Position numbers and translations under genes: made by a program. A stretch of 63,947 nucleotides of DNA, filler included, from Psammoneis japonica (lineage: Eukaryota): the NCBI GenBank assembly GCA_008632985.1. It is 6 parts of 6 records of this genome, joined end to end, with 100 filler letters (N's around TTAATTAATTAA, not from the genome) between each part and the next. Parts side by side here need not be neighbours in the genome. Positions count along the whole stretch, not along the records: positions 1 to 11,426 come from QPGO01000518.1; positions 11,527 to 22,634 come from QPGO01000521.1; 4 more parts are not named here. One strand, given 5' to 3'. Shown piece after piece: positions 1-12,040 of the stretch. A model generated the notes under the pieces. It searched no databases, was not told the DNA's origin, and saw only the letters and a program-made list of their open reading frames with translations. Positions within the stretch are counted from its first letter, which is position 1. Each line of letters starts with the position of its first letter.

Positions 1-485
1 TTTAAATTTGTACGAAAACGAGGGAGACTTGATAAGAAGAGAGGTGTGCTCATGGCTGAGATAAAAGAGCAGTTCAAGAACGGAAACGAGGGTAGCAAAC
101 TGGGAATTTCTTTAATGCGATCAGAAGCGGGCGTATACTTGTTTGGCTCGAAAGCAGCATGGGTGCAGAAGCGTGGAAGGCCAGAGGCACGGTCATCAAT
201 GAAGACCTTTTGGGTTTCGATGGTACAAAGGATACCGCCCAGAGTGACCAACTGCGGCTCACGTTCAAAGTTGAGCGCGCTTCAAACAAAAGTGACTGGA
301 GCGTTACCAGCACGATGGAAAATCTCGACAATGAGAAGGTCGTCTCTATGCTGACTCATAAACTGGACTCTTCTCAGGACTTCTATACAGATGATATTCT
401 ATTCGCCGCTATTAATTCGGTTGACTCAGAGGATTCGTCGCTCTTATTGGGTCGCACGGTTCAAAAGATCACCGCAAGGTCTTGA
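1..485 (+). CDS. 3' end of a sulfatase paralog (C-terminal domain), with one apparent frameshift near 150
   Basis: ORFs 46-354 and 159-485 align colinearly with 3549-3992 (VLMAEIKE/VLMAEIRE ... INEDLLGF ... SDQLRLTF ... DSEDSSLL ... ARS*). Confidence 0.8.
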
Positions 486-944
486 GGGACCACGCGGTCG
501 CACTTCTCAGTCCCTCGTCAATACGTGGCATTTAGTTTAGATGTACGCTGTTGAAATCTAACAAGTTAAACAAAACCGTTCCTATAAAAAGATGTAACTA
601 GTAGCTGTTCAGGTTTACGACGGACAGATGCTGTATATAAAGTTGTTCTCCTCATCTCAAGCCACATGGCCGACGAAAGGGCAATTTCTCTGTCATTTCC
701 CATTTTGAATTTGAGACATAGCCCAAGGATATTTTAGTTTTGTGTTGTGGCGATCTGGAGGAGGAAGGTCCAGGTCCAACCATTGGGGTGTGATTGTGCA
801 ACTGAGACGCCATCACTTCCCAATGGATCTTCACAAGAAAGACATAGTCCACGCACTGCCAAGACCTTGCGTCGTCTGACACTAAAAAAGGAATCATTGT
901 CTTTGTGGATCGAGTTTCTATTTTCCACTTCTCTTGTACTTGTA

Positions 945-1405
945 CGTTAGACCCTCTATCTATCTACTGTAGCTACTCTCTACTAGAGTAGCTACTAGCT
1001 AGAGAGGACCTCTCTCTAGAGTAGTAGAGGGCTAGAGCGAGAGTGGTACCGTATTGTTGTGGAGGGCTAGCTACTACTAGCTACTCTAGAGTAGCTAGCT
1101 AGCTCTAGCTCTAGAGAGAGCTCTAAGCTACTAGCTACTCTCTAGCTAGAGACTAGAGTAGCTACTCTAGTACTCTCTAGCTAGAGAGACTAGAGTAGCT
1201 ACTCTAGAGAGTAGAACTCTCTAGCTAGAGTAGTTCTAGGTACTCTCTACTCTCTAGAGCCTAGAGTGGACATACAGGTAGAGAGAGTTGAGTACTCTAC
1301 TCTCGATCTATCTACAGCACTGTACAGTAGACTCTCTAGCTCTCTACTAGCTAGCTAGCTCTCTCTAGAGAGTAGAGAGAGCCCTCTCTGCTGGCGATAG
1401 CGTAG
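945..1405. repeat. Low-complexity CTAG/TAG/CTA/GAG-rich tract, very TpA-rich
   Basis: Seen directly, e.g. ctagctagctagctctagctctagagagag; no ORF. Confidence 0.9.
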
Positions 1406-1685
1406 ACAATAAGTCATCGTACAGTAACAAAATGTTTAACGAAAATGACTTATTGTATCTTTTGTTACATAAAAAAATCAAAACAATTTGTTGGACATCT
1501 GCTATTTAACATATTGGATCCCGAGACAAAAAGAAATCAGGAAAGAATGAATCCACCGATGCATCACAAATCACACAACGTACTGTAACATCACACAAGC
1601 ATTCTACTCGCAATCTTAACACTCTAACTCAACACCAACATTCGACGTGATTCATCGTTCTCGCGCCTTCGTCCTCTTTGCTTCG

Positions 1686-3992
1686 ATGATCAACAAAGCG
1701 GCATGTATCGTGCTTGCTGCACTTGTTGTTGACGTCTTTGACGCATCTTCGGCGCAAAAACAAGAAAAGCCCAACATTGTATTGATTGTAGCGGATGATC
1801 TCGACGCCGACGAGCTTGGAGTAACAGCTCAAGACACAGGCACTTGGCCAACTAATACAGGAGCTGGACTACTCGGCTTGTGGACAAAGAAACATGATTC
1901 AAATGTACTCACTCCGCAGATTGATTCGCTGGCCAAAGAGGGTGCACTCCTAACCAAATACCACGTTAGCAACACGCAGTGCACAGGAAACCGCTATGCC
2001 ATGCTGACTGGACGACAAGCAACCAGAGGAGACGACTTGCTAAACCACTTTCCTATTGGGACTCTCGTCAATTTGGCTTGGGAAGCGGGTATTCTGAGAA
2101 ACGAAACCAATGTTGCCAAATCTCTCCAAGCATTGGGATATCGGACCGGCATTATTGGAAAGTGGCACAATGTTGCCGAGTCTGACGAACGCAGGCTCCC
2201 TAAAAGAAATCGACCAGATCATTTGCCACAGGCCACCTACGATCACACGCTGTCGGTTCAAGACAAACTCAAGGCTCATTATGACGCGCACGTGGCATAT
2301 CTCAAAGATGGATTCGGCTGGGATGTGGTGGATAGGATGGAATGGGGTAATTCCATTGTAAATTTACAGTGGCAAGCCCAAGGTGCTGTCGAGTTTATCA
2401 AAGAGAGCGCTAATAAGAGCCCCTTCTTCCTCTATGTTGCTCTCCCTGTGCCACACGGTCAATATTTCTTTCCATTTAACGATCTGGAGGGTTTTGACGA
2501 TCGAGTCACCTCCCGGGGAATCATCACCGACGTGCCCACGGTGTTGCCGCCTGTATTCAGTGTCTATGCCCGCACGAGAGCGGCTGGTGTGAAGAAAGCG
2601 AATGCTATGGCCACACGAATGGATGACTATGTTGGAGTGATTCTGCGAGAGCTAAAAGATTTGGGGTTGAGTGACAACACCCTTGTACTGTTTACGAGTG
2701 ACCACGCAAGTCGCGGAAAGAACGGATGTTATTCTGGCGGTGCTCACGTGCCTTTTATCGCTCGTTGGCCTGGAAAGATTAGGCCAAACACAAAGATTGA
2801 CTCCCTCGTAGCCAGCGTTGACCTAGCCCCCACGATTATCGATGCCGCGGGAGGAACCGCTCCTGCAGATATGATTGACGGGCATAGTTTCAAACCCATG
2901 CTGTTGGGACAACCAGAACCGAAGAACTACCGGTCGAGCATCATACTTGAAGCACAGACTTGTCGAGCCGTTGTCACAAAAAACTCGAGTTACGTTGCGA
3001 ACAGAGTGACCCCCGAGATTGCCAAGGCAATGGCACAAAATCCAGGAGATGTCTTCTGGTCTGGAAAGGATCACCACAACTATGATAACGACGTCATGTA
3101 TCCTGCGTACTGGGATGCGGATCAGCTGTATAATCTTGAAACCGATCTTTATCAGCAGGTTAACGTCGTCGCGGAGAAAAGCTATGATGCCCAGCTAAAG
3201 TCTCTCAGGGCCGAGCTAGACCGGTATATTGCGACGACTCGTCACTCCTTTGGTGAGTTTGGAACCGGCATTTACCAAGGTGCCACGCAAGCCACACAGA
3301 ACTTTCTCGAGTTCACCGAATCTGAAGGTTACGTGAAAGGAAGCCTTAAAACCTCTGACGGTTGGGTTGGGAACTTGGACAACTACATGGTGCACCCTAC
3401 TGGGCACGGTTATTTACAACTTCCAAAAGGTAGTCATGCAAGGAACATCGCGGTGATGAATGCTGGTCTTCCACGTTCAAAACGATATGAAGTTGTGTTG
3501 GACTTCCAGCTTTGAATGTAAAAAGGCAGCCTTGATAGGAGGCGTGGCGTGCTCATGGCTGAAATCAGAGAGCTGTCGAAGAACGGAACAGGGAGGAGCG
3601 CTTTGGGAATTGCTTTGATGCGATCAAGAAGAGGGCACAAATACTTGTTGCGGCTCGCAAACAGCATGAATGTGGAATTGTGGAGAGCCAAAGGAACGGT
3701 CATCAACGAAGACCTTTTGGGTTTCGGTAGCTCAAAGGGTGTTGTCCAGAGTGATCAACTGCGACTCACGTTCATACTGGAGCGTGGTTCAAACGAAAGT
3801 GACTGGGCTTTTACCGGCAGGTTGGAAAACCTCGACGATGAGAAGGTTGTATCTATGCTGACTGGCACATTGAACTCTTCCCGGGACTTTTTCTCCGACG
3901 AGGTTCTGTTTGCCAGCATTAATTCTCTAGACTCAGAGGATTCGTCGCTCTTATCCAGACGGACAATTCAAAGGATTGCAGCAAGGTCGTAA
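1686..3992 (+). CDS. Secreted formylglycine-type (S1) sulfatase with C-terminal extension; compensating indels give in-frame stops at 3513-3521
   Basis: Signal peptide, KPNIVLIVADDL, CTGNRYAMLTGR, GYRTGIIGKWH, LFTSDH, VPFIARWPG, QLYNLETD; ORF 3549-3992 is in the same frame and matches the upstream paralog. Confidence 0.85.
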
Positions 3993-4226
3993 AACCAAAA
4001 CATCAGTTTATACTACTTGTCAGTAATCCATCAATGCGACAAATTTCATGCCACGAAGTAGTTTTCTCTATGAAATAAGCTAGACTTCTCTATGAATAAG
4101 GCGGGCTATGTCATCGGACCCATAGGTGCGGTAGCTATCTTGCGGCTAAAGACTCCGGGAAAACTTCTCAGTCTTACTCTGCGCGGGGTCTGTCTATCTC
4201 AGCAACGAGGAGAGGCCGACAACCCT

Positions 4227-6279
4227 TCAAGCAACACCTCCAATCATTGTTCTATTCCCTACAGAGTCTTCTGTTGTTGATGCCTCTCCTCTTTTTGCCA
4301 ATGTCAATTCAAAATTCTGTAACTTCAACCGATCTAGATAAGGAAAATATTCAGGAGGCTCCCATCGAGTTGAATTGCCAGTGGCAGCATCCCAGTACAT
4401 TGACCCAGTGTCTATTGGGGCAAAGTCACCCCTGCTTGCAAATGGTAATAACAACCGATTCGCAATAAACGGCATCGACTTGATAAGCATCGATGGCATG
4501 AATCGTCTAGGAATGCATTGCGCCCACACTCTGAGTCCCATCACTACATGACCGACTCCACTTAATCGCCAACTAAGGAAATGCTCCCAGAGTGCGTCCT
4601 GAGACAGCGCGACGAAAAGAAGGTTGGATACGTTTGGTTTGATCAACAACGCACAATCTTACAAAACGATGATGCAGCGACGAAGTACATACCGGAAGAC
4701 GAAAGAATCCTGTGAAGAAGTCCCTCAACTCCTGCGGGCGAAGGAGGCACAGCAGTTCAAAACCAAAATGCATAAAGTCGCGCTGACGTCTCTCGTCGGT
4801 TGGCCACACTGCTCCCCAACCAGATGCAGCTACAGCATCCAGATCACTCTTATCAATAGGATCGCCACGCTCCAACTTTGATCGGACGTCCTTCAGCGAG
4901 GGCGCAACGGAGGCGGCCACTCGTGGTGCAATTTCCATTGCTCGAGCCACCATGTATCCTGATGCCGGATGAACGAGTGACGACGTGGCTCCTATCATGA
5001 ATCATATGGAAAAGAGTGAATGAGTATTATCGAACACCCCTTAACGATGAAAACCAGGTCAGAAGCAATGACGGATCTTACCGAAGCCAAGCGTTCGCTG
5101 CGGAACAACAGGATCAGCCCCACCCATGGGAATAGCTGCTCGTTCATCCTCTAAGACCTCGGTTGCCACAATCCCTAGTGCATGCATTCGTTTCTTTAAT
5201 CTTGCTTGCAAGTCTTTTGAGGATGCACCTGGTCTAGATACGAGGACAGTCTCTTCCAGAAATAATTCATCTTCTGCCAAAGGCATGGCATATACAAACG
5301 ACGGAAATCGATCATTTGATGCTCGAAGCTCTGGATCGTCATGAAGATGCTTTTCACAATAGTCCATTAGAACCATTCGCTCCAATTTGTAAGGTCCCAA
5401 ATTCTGCCCCGGCAACGTCGAGGCACATCGAAACACGAAATCAGTGACTCCTTTTTTTAAACGGAAGCACCAACCGCATCACACCCGAAAGTGACTTACC
5501 TCCACCCGAAACCTTGCACCATATGTCACTTGAAAGCCAGGATCAAACTTAGTATCATGCTCTACAAATTGTCGAGAAAAGCCAGTCGCATCTGCAACCA
5601 GCAGTGCCTTTACAGCTGATACGCATCCCTTGGAATCACGAATTGTGACAATTGAAGGCTGGTCCTCGAAATGTTGCAAGTCACAGGCTCTAGCGCATCC
5701 AAATATGACACCTCTGTCCGAACATTCCTTAAGCAGTCGCTCCTTCATTTTCTTTCGGTTTACTCGTCCGTACGGTCGACGAATGATTAATTCGTCCGTT
5801 TCTTCGTCGAAAATCACACCCTGGCAACAAAAAAATTTTTTTTGTTGGAATCACACGGACGAAAAAGCGAAGGGTTGCTGCCCAGCAATCTTCAGACTCA
5901 CCACTTGCTTCCACACACGGTCGATGCAATCTGCATACCCAAACGGTTCTGCTTCATCCATCCACACGCCGTAGTTGTTCGGCCAAGGTTTGTCGAGAAC
6001 TGGATCCACGACACCGACAGAACATCCTTCTTTTGCAAGAGCTGATGCAAGCAACAGACCACCCGGACCAGCACCACAGACAATAACATCTAATACCTCA
6101 GAGTGCAAGAAATCGTCGTTTCCATTGGCGATCGCGTCGAGAGCATTCGTTCTTCTCGTACCAAGCGTCGACCGGAAATCCCGGAAGGATGGAGGTTGAT
6201 GCCTAATGACAGGTAAAACTGCAAAAGCAGAAATTCCGACCACGCTAACCGAGAGGATAAGAAACGCAATTTGTTTCAT
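4227..6279 (-). CDS. LCYB: Plastid-targeted lycopene cyclase family protein (beta/epsilon type); 5 exons: 6279-5902, 5820-5500, 5403-5082, 4991-4693, 4598-4227
   Basis: Signal peptide ending ISA-FAV, FAD motif VIVCGAGPGG, WPNNYGVWMDE, FVYAMP..LFLEET, GATSSLVHPASGY; GT-AG introns restore the reading frame. Confidence 0.85.
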
Positions 6280-6601
6280 TCTCGATTGTCATCAACCAGA
6301 TTGCCAATCGCAATCACAAATGCTGACAATGCTGAATGAAGATAGATACAGTAGATAGGTTAGATAGATAGATGTTGCTGAAATCGCAAAAGTCCCACCG
6401 ACCAAACGGCATTGCGTGTTGAAGTTGTGAAGCGCGATCTCTTCTACGACAATATGTACCAGAGACTACGTAGATAACTTCAACATGTCGGAGGGAGAAA
6501 ACCAAAATCAAAAAATCAAAACTTTCGGAGTGATGCGTGGAGCGAGTGGCATCAGTGAGTACACGTTCTGTGTTCACAATCTATTCTATCTACACTACTA
6601 G

Positions 6602-9115
6602 CTAGTACCCTGCAGGTTTCCCACCTTTTCGAATATCAGATACGGCTTGCAGGGTATTCGTTTCCATGTCGACTGCCACCGCTTGCACTGTGCCCATGTA
6701 GTCGACGGGCAACAGTGTATGGCCCCTTTTCTTCAATGCAGCTAGGGTTTCGATTGATATGACGACTGAAATATTCTTGTCGGTTTGAGCCACCAATGGC
6801 TCGCGTTCCCATGTTGTAACGGCCCTGCCATGATAAAGCAGTTGATCGTGCAACCGTGGACTTGCCACTGCTTCGTACAAGGGCATTCCCAACCAAGCGT
6901 AATTCAATATCACTTGTACAACAGCTGATATAATTTTCGGACCACCACTTGCCCCAAGAACAAGCAACAAGCTTCCCAAATCGTTTTCGTCTCTACTTTC
7001 TTCATCATCCTCCTCGCTATCACTATCTGTGGAACGAAAAACCATGGTAGGAGACATGGACGACAATGGGCGTTTCTTGGGCGAAATGTAGTTCGCTTTG
7101 GAAGGATGGAGGCCAAAGTAGTTGAGCTTTCCTGGTGTAGCAAAATCGTCCATCTGGTTGTTGAACACTATCCCTGTAGACGGACTCATCACTATGGAGC
7201 CAAAGTACGTGTTTACTGTTGAAGTGATTGCAACCGCATTACGGTCCTTGTCCACCACTGAAAGATGAGTTGTACCGTGGTCGTGAAGGTATCCAAAATG
7301 TCTTAGTTCACGTCGTCGTCGCGCCTCGTCTGGTAGCAACAACTGTCGTCGATCTCCTTCATTTGCGTCTCGCATCTCTGCTGTTCCATTTTGTCCATCT
7401 CCATCATTCAGTTTTGCCCATTTTGGTCCGCCATAGCGTGACATTGGTAGCTCTCCATCATCGTGGGTCAGCCGCCGAAGTTTCTCCATGTACGTTCCTT
7501 GTACCATGTCGGCAACAGCAGAAGCGGTTGTATTCTGATTGAATGCTGGATCGCTCAATGACATGCGGATAGCAAAAACGTGCTTCAACGATTCAACAAG
7601 GCGGTGTTTTGACAATGTATCCGCCAAGTAGGCATATGGATTCTTGTAACCCGACAAGAATCTCGCGGCACCGACAATGGCTGCACCGCCCGAACTGGGC
7701 GGACCAATCCCGACAAGATTGATACCGTGAACATTTCGTGCTACAAGTGGGCTTCTCAATACGGGTTTGTATTCCGATAAATCGTCCGCTGTAATAATGC
7801 CACCGGCCTCTTGAATGTCCTTGGCGATTCGTTCTCCCATCTCTCCCTTGTACATGACATCCGCTCCTCCATTCATGATTGCCTCTAGAGTCTTTGCCAG
7901 CTTTGGTAATTTCAACATATCACCTTCTCGAACAAGTCTAGTACTGCCATTCTTATCTCGAATCGAAAAAGCGTTCCATAACTCTGGAAAGGGCTCCATC
8001 TTTTTCGTATTGATTTTGACTTCGTGAGCCAAATAGGGAGATACCACAAAGCCGTCTCGAGCCAACACCATGGCGGGTTCTACCACCTTGGCCCAGGATA
8101 ATGTACCGTGTCGAGCATGTGCAAGTTCTAGCCCTCGAAGTTCCGCTGGAACAGCAATCGCCAAGCCACCGACTGGCACATGCGCAAGATATATGGAGAA
8201 GAAGTGGCTGGAATTGAGACGACGAGTGAAATTGAAGAGAACATTCCGAAACAGACACTCACCTTCCGAAGACGCTCCCGGAGCTTTGAACATGTTTTTG
8301 CTAGCACCTGCCGGTGCCTCCTCTCTGCAATCTATAAACTCGGTAACCTTTTCCGACGCATCCACCTTGTCTGCTGTGTCTACTACCCGTGCATCATGAA
8401 ACGGGGGCGAGACGTATTGTTCATGATTCACCTTGGCCTTGTGCGTGTGGAGATTGGAATGAATCAAAATCATGGCACCACCACCAATGCCCGAGGAGGC
8501 AGGATTGACAACTCCCAAACACAGAGTCGTGGCAACCGCGGCATCCACGGCGTTTCCGTTCTCGTACTGCAAAATGTTGTTGCCCACGTTGCTACAAATT
8601 CCATGTCGGATGCGACCGCGCCTTGCATGTTTTTGACTAGGAAAGAACAATAGAGAAGAATAAAAGTGAGAAGAAATACCCGTTTGCCATGCCGTTTGAT
8701 TCAAAACCAGAGAGCAAAACACGTACTTGTGCAGGTAGGTTCGAGCGCCGCAATCGGATCATCACAAACGTCCATGTCAGAATCGTCAGGAAGAATCACT
8801 TGATGATGATCATCGTAATCGTCACTCGACTATTGGTTGCAGGAACCCATTCCAGGACACTGCTAAAATTAAAACAATGAACCCAAGTCAAGCAGTAGAG
8901 CACAAATGGCTTGCTTTCGGAATCGAAAATGGCGAACCGTTGTGCATCTCATACTTGTCATCCCCGGAAAAGAACGCTTCAAAGGATAAATGACGATTAT
9001 ACGACGGTTTCTGAGTTTGTGTAGCCGTCTTTCGTCGATGAGGCGCATTGGATGATTCGTCACGGTGCAAAAGGTCATGATCAAAGGATGTTCGTCGTCG
9101 TTGTTGTGTTTGCAT
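6602..9115 (-). CDS. GGT: Gamma-glutamyltranspeptidase with introns; 5' end uncertain
   Basis: GNAVDAAVATTLCLGVVNPASSGIGGG, PPSSGG, catalytic HGTTHLSVVD, NNQMDDF, KRPLSSMSP, GASGGPKI. Confidence 0.9.
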
Positions 9116-9698
9116 GCTCGCCTTGCGAGGGCCGCTTTTGATAGGACGATTCAAGCAGACTGCCTTCTTCAATTTTTACAGAATTTTTAATCATGGTTCC
9201 ACTGCTGGGTCGTTTGTGCTAATGATGATGTATCTTAGCTTGATGCAGGATACGTATGATAGGTCAATCGAGATACGAGTTACGGTAGTGCCTTCGTTGT
9301 TCTTGTCGTTGTTCTTTGTTCCCTGTTCTCAAAAAGGGGTCTGTGATTGTGCTCTGTCCGCCGTGCGAAAAGCAATTTTGAATTTATTCTTCACACTTTG
9401 TGTTGAATTATATATCCAATTTGAACGATATTCAGAAAATACTATTATTCAAATCCCTAGTTATCAATTTATTTCCCGCCATTTTTTTGCCTTGATTTTT
9501 TTTATTTCAGATGTTATGATCGACCATGGCGTCGCCATCTACCCCGATGCTGTTGTGTGCACCCGCAAGACATGTTCATTTCAAGAACCGTTCATAAATA
9601 GAGAAGGACCAGCAGGCGATATCATACTGGATCTTTGTTCAGAATCGATTCTCGTTGTTGAAGCAGCGCGCTCCCAGTTGACTACCTCGACACTCGAC

Positions 9699-11426
9699 AT
9701 GGCAGTTCCCACTCGATATCTCACCAAGTCGCTCTTCAAAAAGGCTCTCGAGTGTCCTCGAAAGCTTGCATATGCGCTCTCGTCCGACTATACAGAAAAG
9801 CCAAAGGACGCATTTCTTCAGAGCTTGGTGGACGATGGGAAACTGATTGGTGCCTACAGCCGTCTCTTGTTTCCCAACGGCATTGAAATTATGGAGAGGG
9901 ACCAGTTGACGAGCTTGTCCAACAAACCAACAATTTATTGGAAGCAAATGACTCTATTATAACGATATTTGAAGCTGCCGTTCGAACCGAGAATTGCCTT
10001 ATTCGTGCAGACATTCTACAGAAAACTGCTTGTGGTGACTTGGAATTGATGGAAGTCAAGGCCAAATCATGGGACGCTGCAAAGGGTCTTGATCAAATTG
10101 TCACCAAGAGCGGTGATATCAAATCTGCCTTTTTACCATATATTCAGGATGTGGCATTCCAGAAATTGGTTCTTCAAGAATGCTTTCCTGGCCGCAATGT
10201 GACGGCATACCTTGTGTTGCCAGACAAGACCAAAATCAACAACACCATTCCTGGACTGAACAGCTTGTTTCAACGAGACGAGAATGGAAATTTCTGGTTG
10301 TACGATGCTTCTCGACAATTGATTCTGGACTCGAATGAAATACTAGTCTCAAAAATTCATGTCGACGATCTGGTTGACAAGGTGATTGACGGTCAAGTCT
10401 CTGCACCTGGCATTCATGGGGACTTTCGGCAAGTAGTTTGTGATTTGGCTGACATTTTGCGACAAGAGGATGGGATTGAAAGTTTATCGCCTCNTAGCAA
10501 TGCCGAAACTGTGAATTCCGTACTCGACAAGAAAATTCTGGATATGATGCTTGCTGGAGTCGAGCGGCTGGTATTTCAAACGCCAGTCAGGAAAATCTTG
10601 GTTGACTTGCACTACGGTGAAAAATCGTCGATTCATTTATATCAAACAATCAATATTTCATGGCGGACTTGGAACCTCAGATCTTGGACTGGATAAGAGT
10701 GGCAAAGATCCAAAGAAGAAAGGATTGGATTCAGTCGCTCAGAGAAAAGCAGTATTATCAAGCGCAACGTGGATTCGGTTATCTGCGACCGAGACTACCT
10801 TTGTCAAGAAATGGCTTCATGGGAGTACCCTTGGCACTTTATTGACTTGAAACAATTTCTTCGGCGCGTCCCTACACGACAAACAAGCGCCTTGGGAGAT
10901 ACTCGCGTTTCAATTCTCCCACCACATTTTGGATCGAGATGGGAGCGTCACGCACGCGTCTGAATTTCTACACGCAGCACCTGGACAATGCCCGAATCGC
11001 CGTTCCTTGTTGCTTTGGCTGAGGCTTTGCGACAGTACAATGGCACAATCTTTCGTTGGGGAGCGCATGAGAACACTGTCCTCTCCAATCTTGTCAAATC
11101 TGAAGCTCTTGGGTCCCGATTTAACATGATTGAGTCGCTGATTGTCAGTGGCGAGAGAGCAATGGTTGATCTTATGCGAATCGCTCAAAAGGCTTTACAT
11201 CCCGTAGCAATGGGAGTTCATCCATCAAAAAGTTGTTGCTTCCGACGATGAAAAATGTCAGTATCTGAAAGACTTTTACAGTCTACCATACAATGCAGAA
11301 TTTCACGGGCATGCATGGTGGCAACAAGACTGCGAAAGTGGATTCCTTTAGACCCATACTCGGTTCTATCCTCCAACACGACTGGTGCAAAAGTGGCGGA
11401 CGGCGGAGACGCGTTGTCGCCTACAA
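9699..11426 (+). CDS. DUF2779-like protein (PD-(D/E)xK nuclease-like N-terminus, RNase H-like C-terminus); several frameshifts, truncated by gap
   Basis: RYLTKSLFKKALECPRKL, IRADIL..LELMEVKAKS, YIQDVAFQK, EYPWHFID, GTIFRWGAHENTVL, MVDL, spread over successive frames; family call is from motif recall. Confidence 0.7.
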
Positions 11427-11526
11427 NNNNNNNNNNNNNNNNNNNNNNNNNNNNNNNNNNNNNNNNNNNNTTAATTAATTAANNNNNNNNNNNNNNNNNN
11501 NNNNNNNNNNNNNNNNNNNNNNNNNN
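11427..11526. other. Artificial contig linker N44-TTAATTAATTAA-N44 (also 22635-22734, 33808-33907, 44849-44948, 55836-55935)
   Basis: The same 100-bp cassette with stops in all six frames occurs five times. Confidence 0.97.
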
Positions 11527-11851
11527 TTGCACCCTTTGTCATTTTGCGCCCTTGGCCATTTTGTGCCCTTTGTGATTTTGCACCCTTTGTGATTTTTCCC
11601 TTTGTGATTTTGACCCTTTGCGCCATTTTTTGTTTTGTTGCCCTTTGCTGCATTTTGCGCCTTTGTGATTTTGCCCCCTTGGCCATTTTGCCGCCCCTTT
11701 GGCCATTTTGCCCCTTTGTGATTTTGCACCCTTGCGCCATTTTGCCCCTTTGTGATTTTGACCCTTTGTTTTTGCCTTTTTGATTTTGCCCTTTGTGATT
11801 TTGCACCCTTGGCCATTTTGTGCCCTTTGTGATTTTTTTGGCCTTTGCGAT
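11527..11851. repeat. ~17-bp minisatellite (ccctttgYgattttgca), left part
   Basis: Tandem degenerate units; the array resumes at 21594. Confidence 0.9.
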
Positions 11852-12040
11852 TGAACAAACGCTGCCATGAGACAGCCAAGAATTGGGTGTGAGACAAGAC
11901 AGAGTGTTGGACAGCATCAGCAGGTTCCACAGTTGTGAGATGTCACGCTGCTGGGACCACCAAATGAGTGACAGTGGACCAGCCATTGCCAATGGTGTGT
12001 GAATTGCCAGCATTCGTGACAGTGTGCCAGCATTTGTTCA
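11852..12040 (-). repeat. Copia 3' LTR
   Basis: Aligns with 21410-21593; TG...CA ends with terminal inverted repeat. Confidence 0.88.

Noticed and set aside
1..11426. Programmed frameshifting or real pseudogenisation of host genes
   Set aside because: Scattered single-base indels affect many unrelated genes, including compensating ones near 3510, alongside isolated Ns; sequencing error is more likely, though reads are needed to confirm.
11427..11526. Recurrent TTAATTAATTAA motif
   Set aside because: Always centred in 44+44 Ns; it is an assembly linker, so adjacency across it is not evidence.
11527..11851. Short repeats as a CRISPR array or a Lys-rich protein
   Set aside because: Units are contiguous and degenerate with no unique spacers, there are no cas genes, and the ORFs are repeat translations.
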